Assembly: GCA_038245295.1 (NCBI GenBank)
Contig: JBBRSP010000042.1
Location: 1 to 39,473 of the forward strand
Direction of reading: 5' to 3'
DNA: 39,473 bases
Origin: Candidatus Binatia bacterium
GTDB taxonomy: Bacteria > Desulfobacterota > Binatia > HRBIN30
Within the stretch, counting starts at the first letter, position 1. Each line of letters opens with the position of its first letter. Below the pieces are notes generated by a model that saw only the letters and a program-made list of their open reading frames with translations, was not told the origin of the DNA and did no database searches. A program made the translations under genes and the position numbers. Below are positions 38,659-39,473 of the stretch, in pieces.

Positions 38659-39060
38659 TCACCAATACCCGTCGTTCACGAACGACACGTACCGCCCTGC
38701 GCCGATCACGATGTGGTCGAGGCACCGCACGCCGAGTACTTCTGCGATCTCCCGTAAGCGCCGAGTGATCTCGAGGTCCTCCCGGCTCGGCGTCGGATCG
38801 CCGCTCGGATGGTTGTGCGCCATCATGAAGGCGGCGGCGTTCGCGAGGATGATCGCCTTGAACACTTCGCGCGGATGCACGATCGAAGACGTAAGGCTGC
38901 CGACACTCACTTCCTCAACGCCGATCAGCGTGTGCTTGTTGTCGAGAAGAAGGGTGAGGAAGCGCTCCCGGTCCCATGTCGCCACCTCGTCTGTCAAGAA
39001 GGCGTAGATGTCGGCGCTGGAGCGGAAGGGGATGCGCTGATCGGCCGCCGCTGCGCCCTG
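38659..39060 (-). CDS. radC: RadC/JAB-MPN domain protein (short mobile-element type); 5' end unclear or damaged
   Basis: PFRSSADIYAFLTDE...DRERF...VGSLTSSIVHPREVFK...AHNHPSGDPTPSREDLEIT...LDHIVIG. Homology extends upstream of the TTG at 38997, but no start codon precedes it before an in-frame stop near 39130. Confidence 0.88.
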   Translation of the reverse strand, partial: QGAAAADQRIPFRSSADIYAFLTDEVATWDRERFLTLLLDNKHTLIGVEEVSVGSLTSSIVHPREVFKAIILANAAAFMMAHNHPSGDPTPSREDLEITRRLREIAEVLGVRCLDHIVIGAGRYVSFVNDGYW

Positions 39061-39290
39061 GACGTGACCTCGGCGTCTGCCGATCCCGAGTCTGGCGCGC
39101 CCGCCGAGGGCGCGTCGCCGGGGAAAACTTCAGTCGTCCTACGGGCTGCTTCCGTTTCCCCGGCCGAATCGTCAACCACCTGTACGATATGAAGGTCAAG
39201 GGTCCACCGGCCCAAAGACTGCGGACCGGCAGGGATGATATCCCCGTCCGGGCAGCTTACGCAAACGAACCTATCACTCCAGCGCTCCTC

Positions 39291-39473
39291 GGGTGTGCGT
39301 CGTAGATGTGGGTAATTGCAACGAGGGCTTGATTGTGTCACGATTCTACCAGTACATAAGGCTGGTAGAGGAGGTGGCGGGGATGGCAAGGACGATCGAG
39401 GAGCTGGAAGGCAAACGCGCAGAGGTGCTCAGGCGGATCGAAGAAGTCGGCGACATGCGGCGGGGGTCCATCG
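39291..39473 (+). mobile_element. Probable left end of an ISKra4-like insertion sequence
   Basis: gggtgtgcgtcgtagatgtggg resembles ISKra4-type termini from memory and is followed by the accessory ORF at 39383. Confidence 0.5.
39383..39473 (+). CDS. N-terminus of a DUF6788-like IS accessory protein (runs off the right edge)
   Basis: GGAGG RBS; MARTIEELEGKRAEVLRRIEEVGDMRRGSI (GDMRRGS motif). Confidence 0.7.
   Translation, partial: MARTIEELEGKRAEVLRRIEEVGDMRRGSI

Larger units (their letters stand above)
15314..39473. mobile_element. Putative comM-integrated genomic island/integrative element; right end lies outside the window
   Basis: Sharp break of comM, followed by XRE gene, coupling-type ATPase, radC, IS fragments and visibly lower-GC cargo. 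No integrase or 5' comM half is in the window. Confidence 0.75.

Overview
High-GC bacterial DNA. The many secreted proteins with Pro/Thr linkers and Cys-flanked dockerin-like tails suggest Candidatus Binatia/Binatota or a relative (inference). Left part (1-~15310): an edge-truncated REP-associated tyrosine transposase that is missing from the ORF track, a dockerin/cohesin-tailed AA5 copper radical oxidase, a 1.8k-aa secreted beta-propeller protein, a haloalkane dehalogenase, Coq4-like, cupin and small membrane genes, an antitoxin with a truncated MazF, IS21 relics and several REP-like repeats. At ~15313 the comM/YifB gene is broken at its (N)PCPCG motif. Everything to the right looks like an integrative element that runs past the window end. 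It carries a tandem-XRE gene abutting the junction, a lower-GC cluster of about seven co-oriented secreted/membrane proteins, a membrane protein plus a VirD4/HerA-like ATPase fused to a PD-(D/E)XK-like domain, a 1149-aa PLD-like nuclease protein (candidate defence), a two-gene unit with a 1265-aa dockerin-tailed putative muramidase, radC, and the left end of an IS. No rRNA, tRNA or CRISPR array was seen. All family assignments come from motif recognition by eye; no searches were run.
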